Origin: a virus
Reading direction: 5' to 3' (one strand)
IMG/VR virus record: IMGVR_UViG_3300033753_000334
Span: 34,985 to 98,984 of that record
DNA: 64,000 nt
Under the pieces are notes generated by a model. The model had not been told where the DNA came from. It saw nothing but the letters and a program-made list of their open reading frames with translations, and did not search any database. The translations under genes were made by a program, and so were the position numbers. Positions 8,925 to 17,804 of the stretch are shown piece after piece (position 1 is the stretch's first letter; each line of letters opens with the position of its first letter).

Positions 8925-10193
8925 ATGAAACACACGAAAGTCATGCGCTATCAAATTATCAAACCAATCAACGACACGTGGGAAACGTTGGGACATGTTC
9001 TGCGAGAAATCCAGCGAGAGACACGCGCGGCGCTAAACAAGACTATTCAACTCGCTTGGGAATGGCAGGGATTCAGGGCAGAATATAAGCAACGTTATGA
9101 AGAATATCCAAAAACAAAAGATCATCTTGGATATTCAGCGCTGCATGGCTATGCCTACAATCGCCTGAAAGATGAGTTCTACCGAATGAACACAGCTAAC
9201 CTATCCCAGACGGTTAAACGTGCGGCAGACAAGTGGAAATCCGACCTAAAAGACGTTATGCGCGGCGACAAGTCAATCGCCAGCTTTAAAAAAGATTGTC
9301 CGATTGATATCGTGTCCCAGGCGCTTAGAATTCGCAAAGATGGTAGTGACTATATTCTGACACTAAGCCTAGTGAGCATTAAATACAGAAAGGAACTGGA
9401 ACGCAAGCAATCATCATTTGATGTTCTGATAAGTGCAAATGATAAAACACAGCGTGATATTCTTGACAGGCTCATCGCTGGAGAATACAAGCTTGGAGCA
9501 TCACAATTGCTCTATCACAAGAAAAAATGGTTCGTTAATGTGAACTACCAGTTTGAGAAAGAAGAAACAGCATTCGACCAGGATAACATCATGGGTGTTG
9601 ACCTGGGGATCGTCTATCCGGTATACATGGCGTTCAATAACTCGTTACATCGGTATAAAATAGAAGGTGGGGAGATTGAACGGTTCCGAGCACAAGTAGA
9701 ACGTCGGAAGAAACAATTACTTCAGCAAGCCAAATACTGCGGCGAGGGGCGGCGTGGTCACGGAACGAAAACACGTATCCAGCCAATTGAAGTTGTCTCA
9801 GACAAAGTAGCCAATTTTCGAGATACAGTGAATCACCGATACTCACGCTATGTTGTGGATATGGCTATCAAGCATCGTTGCGGTACAATTCAGATGGAAG
9901 ACTTGACTGGTATTGCAACAGACAATACTTTTTTGAAAAGTTGGCCGTACTATGATCTGCAACAGAAAATAGAATACAAGGCTCATGAAGCAGGTATACA
10001 AGTTGTCTATATCAAGCCTGATTATACAAGCCAACGTTGCTCGAAATGCGGTCATATTGAACGCGATAATCGAACAGAACAGGCGACATTTGAATGTAAG
10101 TCATGTGGCTTTAAGACGAATGCTGATTTTAATGCAGCACGAAACATTGCCACAAAGGATATTGAGAAGATTATCGCAGAAACATTGAAATAA
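8925..10193 (+). CDS. cas12f1: Type V-F CRISPR effector Cas12f1 (compact, TnpB-derived RuvC nuclease)
   Basis: 422 aa, collinear with AsCas12f1 as I recall it (ALNKTIQLAWEW, NLSQTVKRA, YKIEGGEIERFR, ANFRDTVNHRYSRY); RuvC residues GVDLG / QMEDL / NADFNAARNI and Zn finger CSKC..CKSC intact; adjacent arrays and tracrRNAs. Confidence 0.94.
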   Translation: MKHTKVMRYQIIKPINDTWETLGHVLREIQRETRAALNKTIQLAWEWQGFRAEYKQRYEEYPKTKDHLGYSALHGYAYNRLKDEFYRMNTANLSQTVKRAADKWKSDLKDVMRGDKSIASFKKDCPIDIVSQALRIRKDGSDYILTLSLVSIKYRKELERKQSSFDVLISANDKTQRDILDRLIAGEYKLGASQLLYHKKKWFVNVNYQFEKEETAFDQDNIMGVDLGIVYPVYMAFNNSLHRYKIEGGEIERFRAQVERRKKQLLQQAKYCGEGRRGHGTKTRIQPIEVVSDKVANFRDTVNHRYSRYVVDMAIKHRCGTIQMEDLTGIATDNTFLKSWPYYDLQQKIEYKAHEAGIQVVYIKPDYTSQRCSKCGHIERDNRTEQATFECKSCGFKTNADFNAARNIATKDIEKIIAETLK

Positions 10194-10219
10194 TGAGCTG
10201 TTTAAAAATTTTCGGGGCG

Positions 10220-10387
10220 ATTCGGCGTCCTTGAGTCGAGAAGTGCTTTGGAAAGTACAAAGTGGCACTCGATAAGGTACACGCTTATGCGTGGGAAACG
10301 CTATGCATGAAAACCGCATAGCCACCATCGTCGACCGATAGTAGCGTCAAAACTACTGAGGATCGACGACATACAGAACGCAGGAAT
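10220..10387 (+). ncRNA. Cas12f1 tracrRNA, copy 2
   Basis: Paralog of 8414-8580: identical 35-nt block (10266-10300 = 8460-8494), compensatory changes in stems, anti-repeat CATACAGAACGCAGGAAT (10370-10387) complementary to the array 2 repeat. Confidence 0.85.
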
Positions 10388-10470
10388 GACGGTAGGTTTT
10401 CGCATTCAAGCAGAGATATCTTTCTGAATATAAGAAGCGAGAAAAGTAGTAATATCAAGCTACTTCGTGT

Positions 10471-10568
10471 TTTTCTGCGAAATGTATATGGAATGCGAAG
10501 GAGAACAAGGTAGAACGATAAGTCTTGAGGAAGCCAAGTTTTCTGCGGAATGTATATGGAATGCGAAG
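10471..10568 (+). CRISPR. CRISPR mini-array 2: 2 repeats, 1 spacer, different repeat type
   Basis: TTTTCTGCG(A/G)AATGTATATGGAATGCGAAG at 10471-10500 and 10539-10568; spacer 10501-10538; shares the TTTCTGC and TGCGAAG ends with array 1. Confidence 0.88.
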
Positions 10569-10578
10569 AGGTGATCGC

Positions 10579-11187
10579 ATGTCACAGGTTAAAGTTTTTG
10601 ACAATGCTAACGAACCACACAAACGAAAACTTTTCTACGCCACAGGTATCGCAGGGGCGGAATGGAAAGAAGTCCCGGCACGTATCATCGAGCCATACTC
10701 TCCACCGACTCCATCCTTGCGTGTCAAAGAAAACAAAGTACTGAACGCTCCATCAGATTTAGTCGGCAGTACCACAGCAAGCTATCGAATGAAAGCGCGG
10801 CTACTATTCCAGACGCGGCAAGATTTGACTGCATACCTTGTTTATATCAATTATCCGCACAAGTTTTATGATGAGCGCGGCGTGATTTATATTGGCTCAG
10901 TCGATGACCACATTCCAAGTGTTCACGAAGGGTTGCAGCGTTACACAGTCGAAATTTCCATGCTTATGACAAGGAAAGACCAGTATGATAAGAAGTACGA
11001 GAATCCATTTTCTGATACGAATCCTGATGCATGGTATTACAAAGATTTACTGGAGCTTATTGACATGGGCGTTATCGCTGGAAAAACAGATACAACATTC
11101 CGGCCTAACGACTACATTTCTCGTGCCGAGTTTGCCGCGCTGTTGAACAGGATACGCAGGCTTGCTGAGTTAACAATTCGGACATAG
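10579..11187 (+). CDS. Tail protein (distal-tail position) with a C-terminal SLH domain
   Basis: Likely start is ATG 10579 (GAGGTG RBS), not 10525 inside the array; FSDTNPDAWY...GVIAG..TFRPNDYISRAEFAALL is an SLH motif. Confidence 0.75.
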   Translation: MSQVKVFDNANEPHKRKLFYATGIAGAEWKEVPARIIEPYSPPTPSLRVKENKVLNAPSDLVGSTTASYRMKARLLFQTRQDLTAYLVYINYPHKFYDERGVIYIGSVDDHIPSVHEGLQRYTVEISMLMTRKDQYDKKYENPFSDTNPDAWYYKDLLELIDMGVIAGKTDTTFRPNDYISRAEFAALLNRIRRLAELTIRT

Positions 11188-11200
11188 AGGGGGCGAAAGT

Positions 11201-12490
11201 GTGACAGTTAGAGGTTTTGTTGACGTAACCCCGGACAAATGGTTTTACGACGATGTCATGGACTGTGCGAATTACTTGCTGGAAGATGACTCGCCGTTGA
11301 TAGTGGGGATTCCGTATTGTTCATTCGAAGCTGGTAAGCCAAATCATACACAGGAATTCAAAGGGAATGGACAGTCAGTGTTTACACTAGACAAAGCATT
11401 AACAATAACGCCGGATAACCCATTATTCGTATATATTGACGGTGTGCAGACGTTCTACAAGGAAGCCAAAATCGAGGGGAGCAAAACGAAAGTAACGCTC
11501 TATTCTCCTGTTACCAATGCACAATCGATTTTGTTTAAATATATCGGTTCCCCGCGAATGAAACCGGACAAAAAACCATACGGTGATTGTGGGTCGGTTG
11601 AATACCCACATTATCAATTACAGTTCGGCAAAGAGGCAGATAAATCGATTTATCAGTACGTTTATAATCTCGATGGAAGGGGCTTCAGTGAAGTTGTATC
11701 ATGCTTCGGAACACAGTTGAAACGAATCCGTATTTCAGAGGGTGAGTGGTACCTTTCCAATCACAATGAACTGCTGGCGAAGTATATAGGTGATAAACCA
11801 AACCTCTACACTATAACACCGGGCGGTATTGTCTACTGTTCGTTCAACGTGGCTAATATGAAATGCAAAATCCGTTATCAGATGAAAGTGAGAGGGATTC
11901 TTGTAACGACTGGTGGCGAGTTTATTCCCGCATCTCAAAAAGTGAAGTATCTGGACCGTTTCTTCCCAGATGGGCAGTTGACGCGGGCAGAAGGTTTTTC
12001 AATCATTGACAGATTGCGACGTTCTTATTATCAGCGTTTTACTGACGCAGAGCCACCTGGTGCGACGATAGATGATACTTTCGTCGTTGAAGATTGTCAG
12101 GACACGTTTGTAACTTCGTCACGCTTCAGGATCGGAGAACCGTTGGAAGTGAAAGTGAATGGTTTTTTAAAAACGTTGGGAATTGATTATATTCAGGTTA
12201 ATGACCATGCTGTTCAGTTTAAGTATTTGCTTCCAGCAGGAGCTGTTGTCACTATTAAACGAATAAAGAAGGAAAGTCATTTTGCGGATAGAGATTCACT
12301 AGGAGCATGGTACAAGGATGCGGTTATCTCAATGGAAAATGAACGAACGAGAGCAGGAGAACCGCTGATCGAAGGTGTTTTAAGTGGAGGACAGTTGTAT
12401 TTTGACGGAGAATCCTATATGACTCGTGCCCAAGCAATAGTGCTGCTCAACAGGTTCAGAAAATGGGCAATCGAAACGTTCAAGGGTTAG
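11201..12490 (+). CDS. SLH-domain-containing virion protein
   Basis: FVDVTPDKWF, FFPDGQLTRAE, and FAD...WYKDAV...FDGESYMTRAQAIVLLNR; beta-rich inserts. Confidence 0.7.
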   Translation: MTVRGFVDVTPDKWFYDDVMDCANYLLEDDSPLIVGIPYCSFEAGKPNHTQEFKGNGQSVFTLDKALTITPDNPLFVYIDGVQTFYKEAKIEGSKTKVTLYSPVTNAQSILFKYIGSPRMKPDKKPYGDCGSVEYPHYQLQFGKEADKSIYQYVYNLDGRGFSEVVSCFGTQLKRIRISEGEWYLSNHNELLAKYIGDKPNLYTITPGGIVYCSFNVANMKCKIRYQMKVRGILVTTGGEFIPASQKVKYLDRFFPDGQLTRAEGFSIIDRLRRSYYQRFTDAEPPGATIDDTFVVEDCQDTFVTSSRFRIGEPLEVKVNGFLKTLGIDYIQVNDHAVQFKYLLPAGAVVTIKRIKKESHFADRDSLGAWYKDAVISMENERTRAGEPLIEGVLSGGQLYFDGESYMTRAQAIVLLNRFRKWAIETFKG

Positions 12491-15400
12491 ATGGTGGGAA
12501 ATGTGCAACCGGTATCAGACGAATTTAGAGAGCTTATCAAGAAGCATGTCAAAGTTGGCCCGCATGAAATGCCTGTGTGTATTGTAGAGGTTGACAGGAT
12601 GGCATTTATCCCCGGCTGTACTGAGGAGATACAGTACCTGGTCGGCGATCCAAACGTAAAAACGATACAGGATAGTGATATTGTGGGCGATGGTGAAACG
12701 GTACCTACTGATGAAATTGTATTCCCGGTAAAAGGGAAAGGAATAGGAGATGTTGGTTCAAAGTTTGGCAATCGGTTCCACCCAAGAGATAAAATATGGA
12801 AGAAACATACAGGAGTAGATATTCCGGCACCGCAAGGGACTCCTATTTTATCTGCATGGGGCGGTGTAGTGAGACAGGCCGGACCTGTAAATGGGTACGG
12901 AAACATGGTCACTCTCGATCATGGAAATGGATATTATACTCGTTATGCTCACATGTGTAATGGATGTATCGAAGTGAATGTCGGTGATACGGTAAATGCA
13001 GGACAAAAAATTGGATCTGTAGGGAGTACAGGAAAAACTACCGGGCCACATTTGCATTTTGAAGTGCTTCAAGGTGGAATGAACAAAAACTATGCTGTTG
13101 ATCCAATGCCATTTTTGCAAAAGAAAAAAACAATTCCTACTTCCGTCAAAAATGAAGGTACAGGAGTAGAAACAGGAGAGCCGAAAAAAGTAAAGGTTGG
13201 TGAGAAAGCGTTCTCGGTTACATTCGTTTCTAATAAATGGGAGAACATGCCGCAGCTAAAATACCCGTCTAGCAAGACAGATGGATACTACAAAGGGATA
13301 AATCCAGCTGTTACAGGAATTCCGGTTCTTTATTTTGAATTCGACCCTGCTAAAGAAAAGGGAGCGGGTGTGAATCCTTCAATAAGCCGCGTGCTGATTT
13401 TGAAACTTCATTTGGAGAAAAATGCGCTGCTTGATGTATCATTTCTAACAAACTTCGCTTCGGATTCAGGAGATTCTTTCTCTATCATGGTTAATGGAGT
13501 AACGAAAGTAGACTTGCGGAAATTCAAGCCGGGAGCAACTTTAGATCGGCTTTCGGACATTGTTTTGCCGGAAGGCGATGTCGAAGTCCAGTTTGTTGTG
13601 TACTGGAACAGAGCGGCTCATCCTAATGATAAGGTAGTGAGACGCTTTGGCTTTCGAACGATCAATGTACATTATATAGATGAAATCATTGACCCCGGCG
13701 ACCCAGAATCAGGTGATCCGTCTCTCATTGCACGATCATTATCCAGTGCATTTAATCCCACACGGCGGGAGAAAGTATCGTTACCTGTAGGAACATTCAT
13801 TCCGATGGAGACGATTCGCCTCGATAACGTCAAAGAGGTGGAGATAGACGATAAGTTCGAGATGGAAGCAGCAGAAGCGCGGATTATCCTGTCAAACCCT
13901 AAAGGTTTTTATTCACCAACATACGACCCCGGACAATTTCCTGAATTAAAAGGGAAAACACCATTTTCATATATCGCTAACGGTTTTCATATCAATGTAC
14001 TGTCTGAAAATACTCCTATTCGTATCTATATGGGATACGGCCCGCATACGATTCGCATGTTTACTGGATTAGTTGATAAAGTGGACAGCAACAGCGAAGA
14101 AGAAACGATTACGATAAATTGTCGAAACATGTACAAGCGGTTGATCGAAAAAGTGATTCCAGAAGATTTGGAGTATGGATATTCATCAAGTGACGCGGTG
14201 ATAGCAGCGGTTGCTTCTGCGTTAAATGATGGGACGGATGTAGATTCCTTGCCACGGTTGAAGAAAATTATCTACTACGCTCAAAAATGGGCTAAGCATT
14301 TTGAGGTAGATCCTATCGTCATATTAGCTGTTGCACGAAAAGAAACGGCGTTAGGTACAGCCGGGGCTGGTCGGGAAGAAAGTGGTGATTATATTTGTGG
14401 ATTTGGGGTGTTGGGACCGAACAAGAAATTGGAGAAGTACAAAGGGATTGAAGCGCAATGTAAAGCAGTAGCCGAAAGAATGAAAAAAGTGTGCGGTACA
14501 GGGCAAGTAGATCGTGAGTACATTTATCGATTATGGTTATCTTACAAAAATGGTGACAACACATGGACACCGCAGGTATGGCAGTTCTACCAGGAGATGA
14601 AAGGTGATACTCAGTTCACAGAAGCGGTGTTTAAAGCTGATGCGGTTCCACCTCCTAACCAAACGCCGAAACAGGAAAAATCAAGAGATGAGATCGAAGC
14701 AAGTTCTTCATACTGGTTGAAGTCTGCTATTCTACAAGACTTGATTCGTGTAGGCGGCCTTGTCGGTTGGAGAAGTCAATATGAAGATCGATTGTATCCG
14801 GATTCCATCATCGAAGAAACATACTATATCGATGTAAAACCGGAAAAGCGAATGGTGGTCAAAGCAAACCCGGCAGAAAACGGAGAATACACGTTTTCGG
14901 AAGTACCGCTTTCCAATATCAAGACGATTGACGGCTGGAAAAACGGATTGTATCAACTCCCCATTACATTTGCAGCTTTCAAACATAAAGTGAACGAGTG
15001 CATCCGAGAAATTACGAAGGATACGAATTACCGGACATGGTGCGACCGTTACGGAACGTTTAGAGCAGAGCCGGTTGAGTACGATTCGCCAGTAGTTGAA
15101 CGATTTTCTGATACCGAAAATCTGTGCATCGTAAACTCATCTATCGACTATTCACGCGCTCGTTCGCATGTCATTGTGGTTGGTGATGATGAAGAAGGAA
15201 AAGCCCGACATTGCATTGATCCTGAATTGTTACTTGAACTTAAAGGGGAGATTCGTAGTGCGGTAGTGGAGGTTCCGTGGGCAAAAACGGATGAGCAAAA
15301 GGATGAAGTAGCACGGCGGATATTTTGGGATATGAAACGTATGTGCCGGACCCTACAAGTCTCGGTCCCAGCCCACCCACATCTTGATGTGCTGGACTGT

Positions 15401-15580
15401 ATTCATATTTCTGATTTACGGACATGTACACGTGGGGAATTCACTATCAAAGGAATCCATACTGTGTTCAAAGAAAGTGGAGAATTTATGCAGACGCTGG
15501 ATCTAACATGGATGGAAACGAGCGAGATGATTACAAATAAAAGTGTGCATATGATTTCGACTGAACCAAAGCAGGCGTAA
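12491..15580 (+). CDS. Tail tip/hub protein with M23 peptidase and lysozyme-like domains
   Basis: M23 motifs HTGVD, YAH, TTGPHLHFEV; ILAVARKETALG lysozyme-fold-like segment; hub-like segments (IRIYMGY...FTGLVD). Confidence 0.85.
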   Translation: MVGNVQPVSDEFRELIKKHVKVGPHEMPVCIVEVDRMAFIPGCTEEIQYLVGDPNVKTIQDSDIVGDGETVPTDEIVFPVKGKGIGDVGSKFGNRFHPRDKIWKKHTGVDIPAPQGTPILSAWGGVVRQAGPVNGYGNMVTLDHGNGYYTRYAHMCNGCIEVNVGDTVNAGQKIGSVGSTGKTTGPHLHFEVLQGGMNKNYAVDPMPFLQKKKTIPTSVKNEGTGVETGEPKKVKVGEKAFSVTFVSNKWENMPQLKYPSSKTDGYYKGINPAVTGIPVLYFEFDPAKEKGAGVNPSISRVLILKLHLEKNALLDVSFLTNFASDSGDSFSIMVNGVTKVDLRKFKPGATLDRLSDIVLPEGDVEVQFVVYWNRAAHPNDKVVRRFGFRTINVHYIDEIIDPGDPESGDPSLIARSLSSAFNPTRREKVSLPVGTFIPMETIRLDNVKEVEIDDKFEMEAAEARIILSNPKGFYSPTYDPGQFPELKGKTPFSYIANGFHINVLSENTPIRIYMGYGPHTIRMFTGLVDKVDSNSEEETITINCRNMYKRLIEKVIPEDLEYGYSSSDAVIAAVASALNDGTDVDSLPRLKKIIYYAQKWAKHFEVDPIVILAVARKETALGTAGAGREESGDYICGFGVLGPNKKLEKYKGIEAQCKAVAERMKKVCGTGQVDREYIYRLWLSYKNGDNTWTPQVWQFYQEMKGDTQFTEAVFKADAVPPPNQTPKQEKSRDEIEASSSYWLKSAILQDLIRVGGLVGWRSQYEDRLYPDSIIEETYYIDVKPEKRMVVKANPAENGEYTFSEVPLSNIKTIDGWKNGLYQLPITFAAFKHKVNECIREITKDTNYRTWCDRYGTFRAEPVEYDSPVVERFSDTENLCIVNSSIDYSRARSHVIVVGDDEEGKARHCIDPELLLELKGEIRSAVVEVPWAKTDEQKDEVARRIFWDMKRMCRTLQVSVPAHPHLDVLDCIHISDLRTCTRGEFTIKGIHTVFKESGEFMQTLDLTWMETSEMITNKSVHMISTEPKQA

Positions 15581-15598
15581 ACGAGCGTCTGCTTTTTT
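15569..15598 (+). terminator. Probable terminator
   Basis: AAGCAGGCG...CGTCTGCTTTTTT. Confidence 0.55.
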
Positions 15599-15616
15599 GA
15601 CTATTCTACGAGTGAG

Positions 15617-16090
15617 GTGGAGCGCATGTCCGGTGTTGTCAATGATTATCTTATTTATCCAATTCTGGATTTAATTAAAGCAGGAGTGCAAAACTCATCA
15701 GGTGGCATTATCGAAAGCGAGCGAGAAACCAATGATGATTTTGATCCGTTTACAGGAATTCCTTCGATTGAGTTAATTCGGAATCATCCTGATGACTGGT
15801 CGAAAACATTTTTGACACGCGTGATTCAAACCTATGAGACGGGATATGTGGTTGAAGTAGGACTTATTTATGGGGATAATGCCACTTCTTCACAGGACAA
15901 ATGGAGATTAAACGCGGTAACAGCAAGTCTAACGGATGATGAAGGAGAATTGCTGTTATTGTATCATATCACCTTGCATTATGGTAGAGAGCGAAACGAG
16001 CTAGAAAGAACAGAAGTTGAGTGTCTATACGATCCAGAATATGTGGAGGACGAAGAGTACGAGGGGGGCGAAAATGATGAAGAAGATTAA
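15617..16090 (+). CDS. Hypothetical tail-module protein (acidic)
   Basis: ORF in the tail operon with an RBS. Confidence 0.6.
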   Translation: MERMSGVVNDYLIYPILDLIKAGVQNSSGGIIESERETNDDFDPFTGIPSIELIRNHPDDWSKTFLTRVIQTYETGYVVEVGLIYGDNATSSQDKWRLNAVTASLTDDEGELLLLYHITLHYGRERNELERTEVECLYDPEYVEDEEYEGGENDEED

Positions 16091-16484
16091 TCATATGTCC
16101 AGTCCGTTTGCTGTATCGCATGTCGCAGGTGGGCGTTTAGATTGGCCGTTCTTTCCTTCTAAGATGCGTCCTTTTATCAAAGGTTTCAATCTTTCTGTTC
16201 CAGGCATTGAGGAAGTCTGTGAAATGACTTATGAACCTCCAATGGATGCAGAACTACTATGTGTAGCGGTCGGAGCCAGTAAGTACAATCCGGATGATAA
16301 CTGGAATGTAGAAATCAATGGGGAACGTTTTATAGAAACAATTTATACAAAAGATTTACCTGAAGGCATGTACCTTATGGTAGTAAAGCCGCTTAGCGCA
16401 GGAGATGAAATGAAGTTTATTTTTGACAATCAGAGTGGTGAGCCAAAAGAAGTCTGGTTCAATTATCAGTTTTTGATCGATTAG
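16074..16484 (+). CDS. Hypothetical tail-module protein
   Basis: GAGGGGGG RBS before ATG 16074; beta-rich. Confidence 0.6.
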   Translation: MMKKINHMSSPFAVSHVAGGRLDWPFFPSKMRPFIKGFNLSVPGIEEVCEMTYEPPMDAELLCVAVGASKYNPDDNWNVEINGERFIETIYTKDLPEGMYLMVVKPLSAGDEMKFIFDNQSGEPKEVWFNYQFLID

Positions 16485-16492
16485 GAGACGTT

Positions 16493-17791
16493 ATGGAGAG
16501 ATGGATTGATTTTTATGCAGAGGACAAAGATTTTGCGGATAAGTTGGCAGAACGACTCATTCCGTTTGGATGGAAAGTGCATGTCTTTTGTCAGGCTGTC
16601 TTTGATTTTGACGTAGAAGATCCACCTGAAGAAGCGGAGATTCAGGTTGCCCATCACTATATTTTTGAGAATGTGGCAGGGGCATTGGGTGGATTGGCGT
16701 TTACCGGAAAAGAAATGATAACGATACCGAAGACGGTACAAGGAAGTACGGATGTAAAGCAACTGAAAAAGATTTGTGCGAGAACGGTAAGGCACGATTT
16801 CGATTGGTATTGTTATATGTTGGATGAACTCGTTCATGTCGAAGAAAATGTAATTCTTATTCAATCGCATGATTTGCTTGTTCAGGCTTTGGATGCGAAG
16901 AAATTGGGTGGGCGGAGACAGTCCTACATTCCTAAAATCCAGTACCGGGATATTGAAAGGATTCAAACTGTTCAAACGTATAATAGGGCATATAAGGTAG
17001 TAGATACCAAAACGAATTGGTGGCCAGATAGTCAGATGCGGGTGGTTGGGAATTGCTCGGATTTACATTTTTTTGTTGTGATTCAATATGATACATCCCC
17101 ACTATGGACCGGAATGCATTTTCCATATGTGCCGTTATTCTTTGGGCATTTTGTTTTGCAAAGTAAAGAGAAACTTCCCAGTAATTTTAATGGAAATGTG
17201 GCTTTGTTTACTGGATCCTGTAAGAGGGAGACTGATTTACCCGTTGTTCCGGGAGGGTATGTTTTTAAGCCGGATCGTGGGGATGGGGTGAATAATATCA
17301 TCGTTAGAAAAGATATTGAAGGGTATTATTATAAAGCGCATTATTTGATGGAAGGCGCTATACCGGATACAGCACCTCCCTACAATACAATTGAATTCAA
17401 TGAATATCGGAAGTTAATTTATCACGAGGCTTACTCCTATCATTTCGAGGCAAATCCTTCGAAGTACGATGATTATGTACAAACGTCACCTTATTACATT
17501 TTTGAAAAAGATAAGGGGGTGTATGGATACTTACCTGATGTTGTAGCTATATCATCTACTGTATCTATGACGAATGAGTACAACTTAGTGACAGATATTC
17601 ATTGCGGCGAGTCTCTATTTGATCGGGGGATATATGAGTATCGTGTTATAGATGCCCCTACTTCCCCATTTGTTGCAAAATATAGGAGGTATCGATGTGG
17701 ACCGCTTGATCCTATAAATGGAAAGTTTGCAGGAGCGGGATTGTTGAAAAAAGGAAAGAGCTTTGTTTCGCGAAGTGATATGACTATGTAA
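16493..17791 (+). CDS. Virion structural protein, paralog 1 of 3
   Basis: Shares DTKTNWW.DS, PL.FG, G.G.NN.IVRKD and PS.Y motifs with the next two ORFs. Confidence 0.7.
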   Translation: MERWIDFYAEDKDFADKLAERLIPFGWKVHVFCQAVFDFDVEDPPEEAEIQVAHHYIFENVAGALGGLAFTGKEMITIPKTVQGSTDVKQLKKICARTVRHDFDWYCYMLDELVHVEENVILIQSHDLLVQALDAKKLGGRRQSYIPKIQYRDIERIQTVQTYNRAYKVVDTKTNWWPDSQMRVVGNCSDLHFFVVIQYDTSPLWTGMHFPYVPLFFGHFVLQSKEKLPSNFNGNVALFTGSCKRETDLPVVPGGYVFKPDRGDGVNNIIVRKDIEGYYYKAHYLMEGAIPDTAPPYNTIEFNEYRKLIYHEAYSYHFEANPSKYDDYVQTSPYYIFEKDKGVYGYLPDVVAISSTVSMTNEYNLVTDIHCGESLFDRGIYEYRVIDAPTSPFVAKYRRYRCGPLDPINGKFAGAGLLKKGKSFVSRSDMTM

Positions 17792-17804
17792 GGAGAGGAT
17801 ATGT

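Noticed and set aside
8479-9088. ORFs 8479-8721 (-), 8846-9088 (+) and the 10525 start extension
   Set aside because: They overlap tracrRNA, repeats or cas12f and are best explained as shadow frames
8925-10193. IS605/IS607 TnpB transposon
   Set aside because: No tnpA or IS-end hairpins seen; real repeat-spacer arrays and tracrRNAs flank the gene, and the protein is collinear with Cas12f1
8925-10193. Nuclease-dead Cas12f/TldR acting with the sigma factors as an RNA-guided transcription factor
   Set aside because: All three RuvC acidic residues and the Zn finger are intact, and the sigma genes are ~45 kb away
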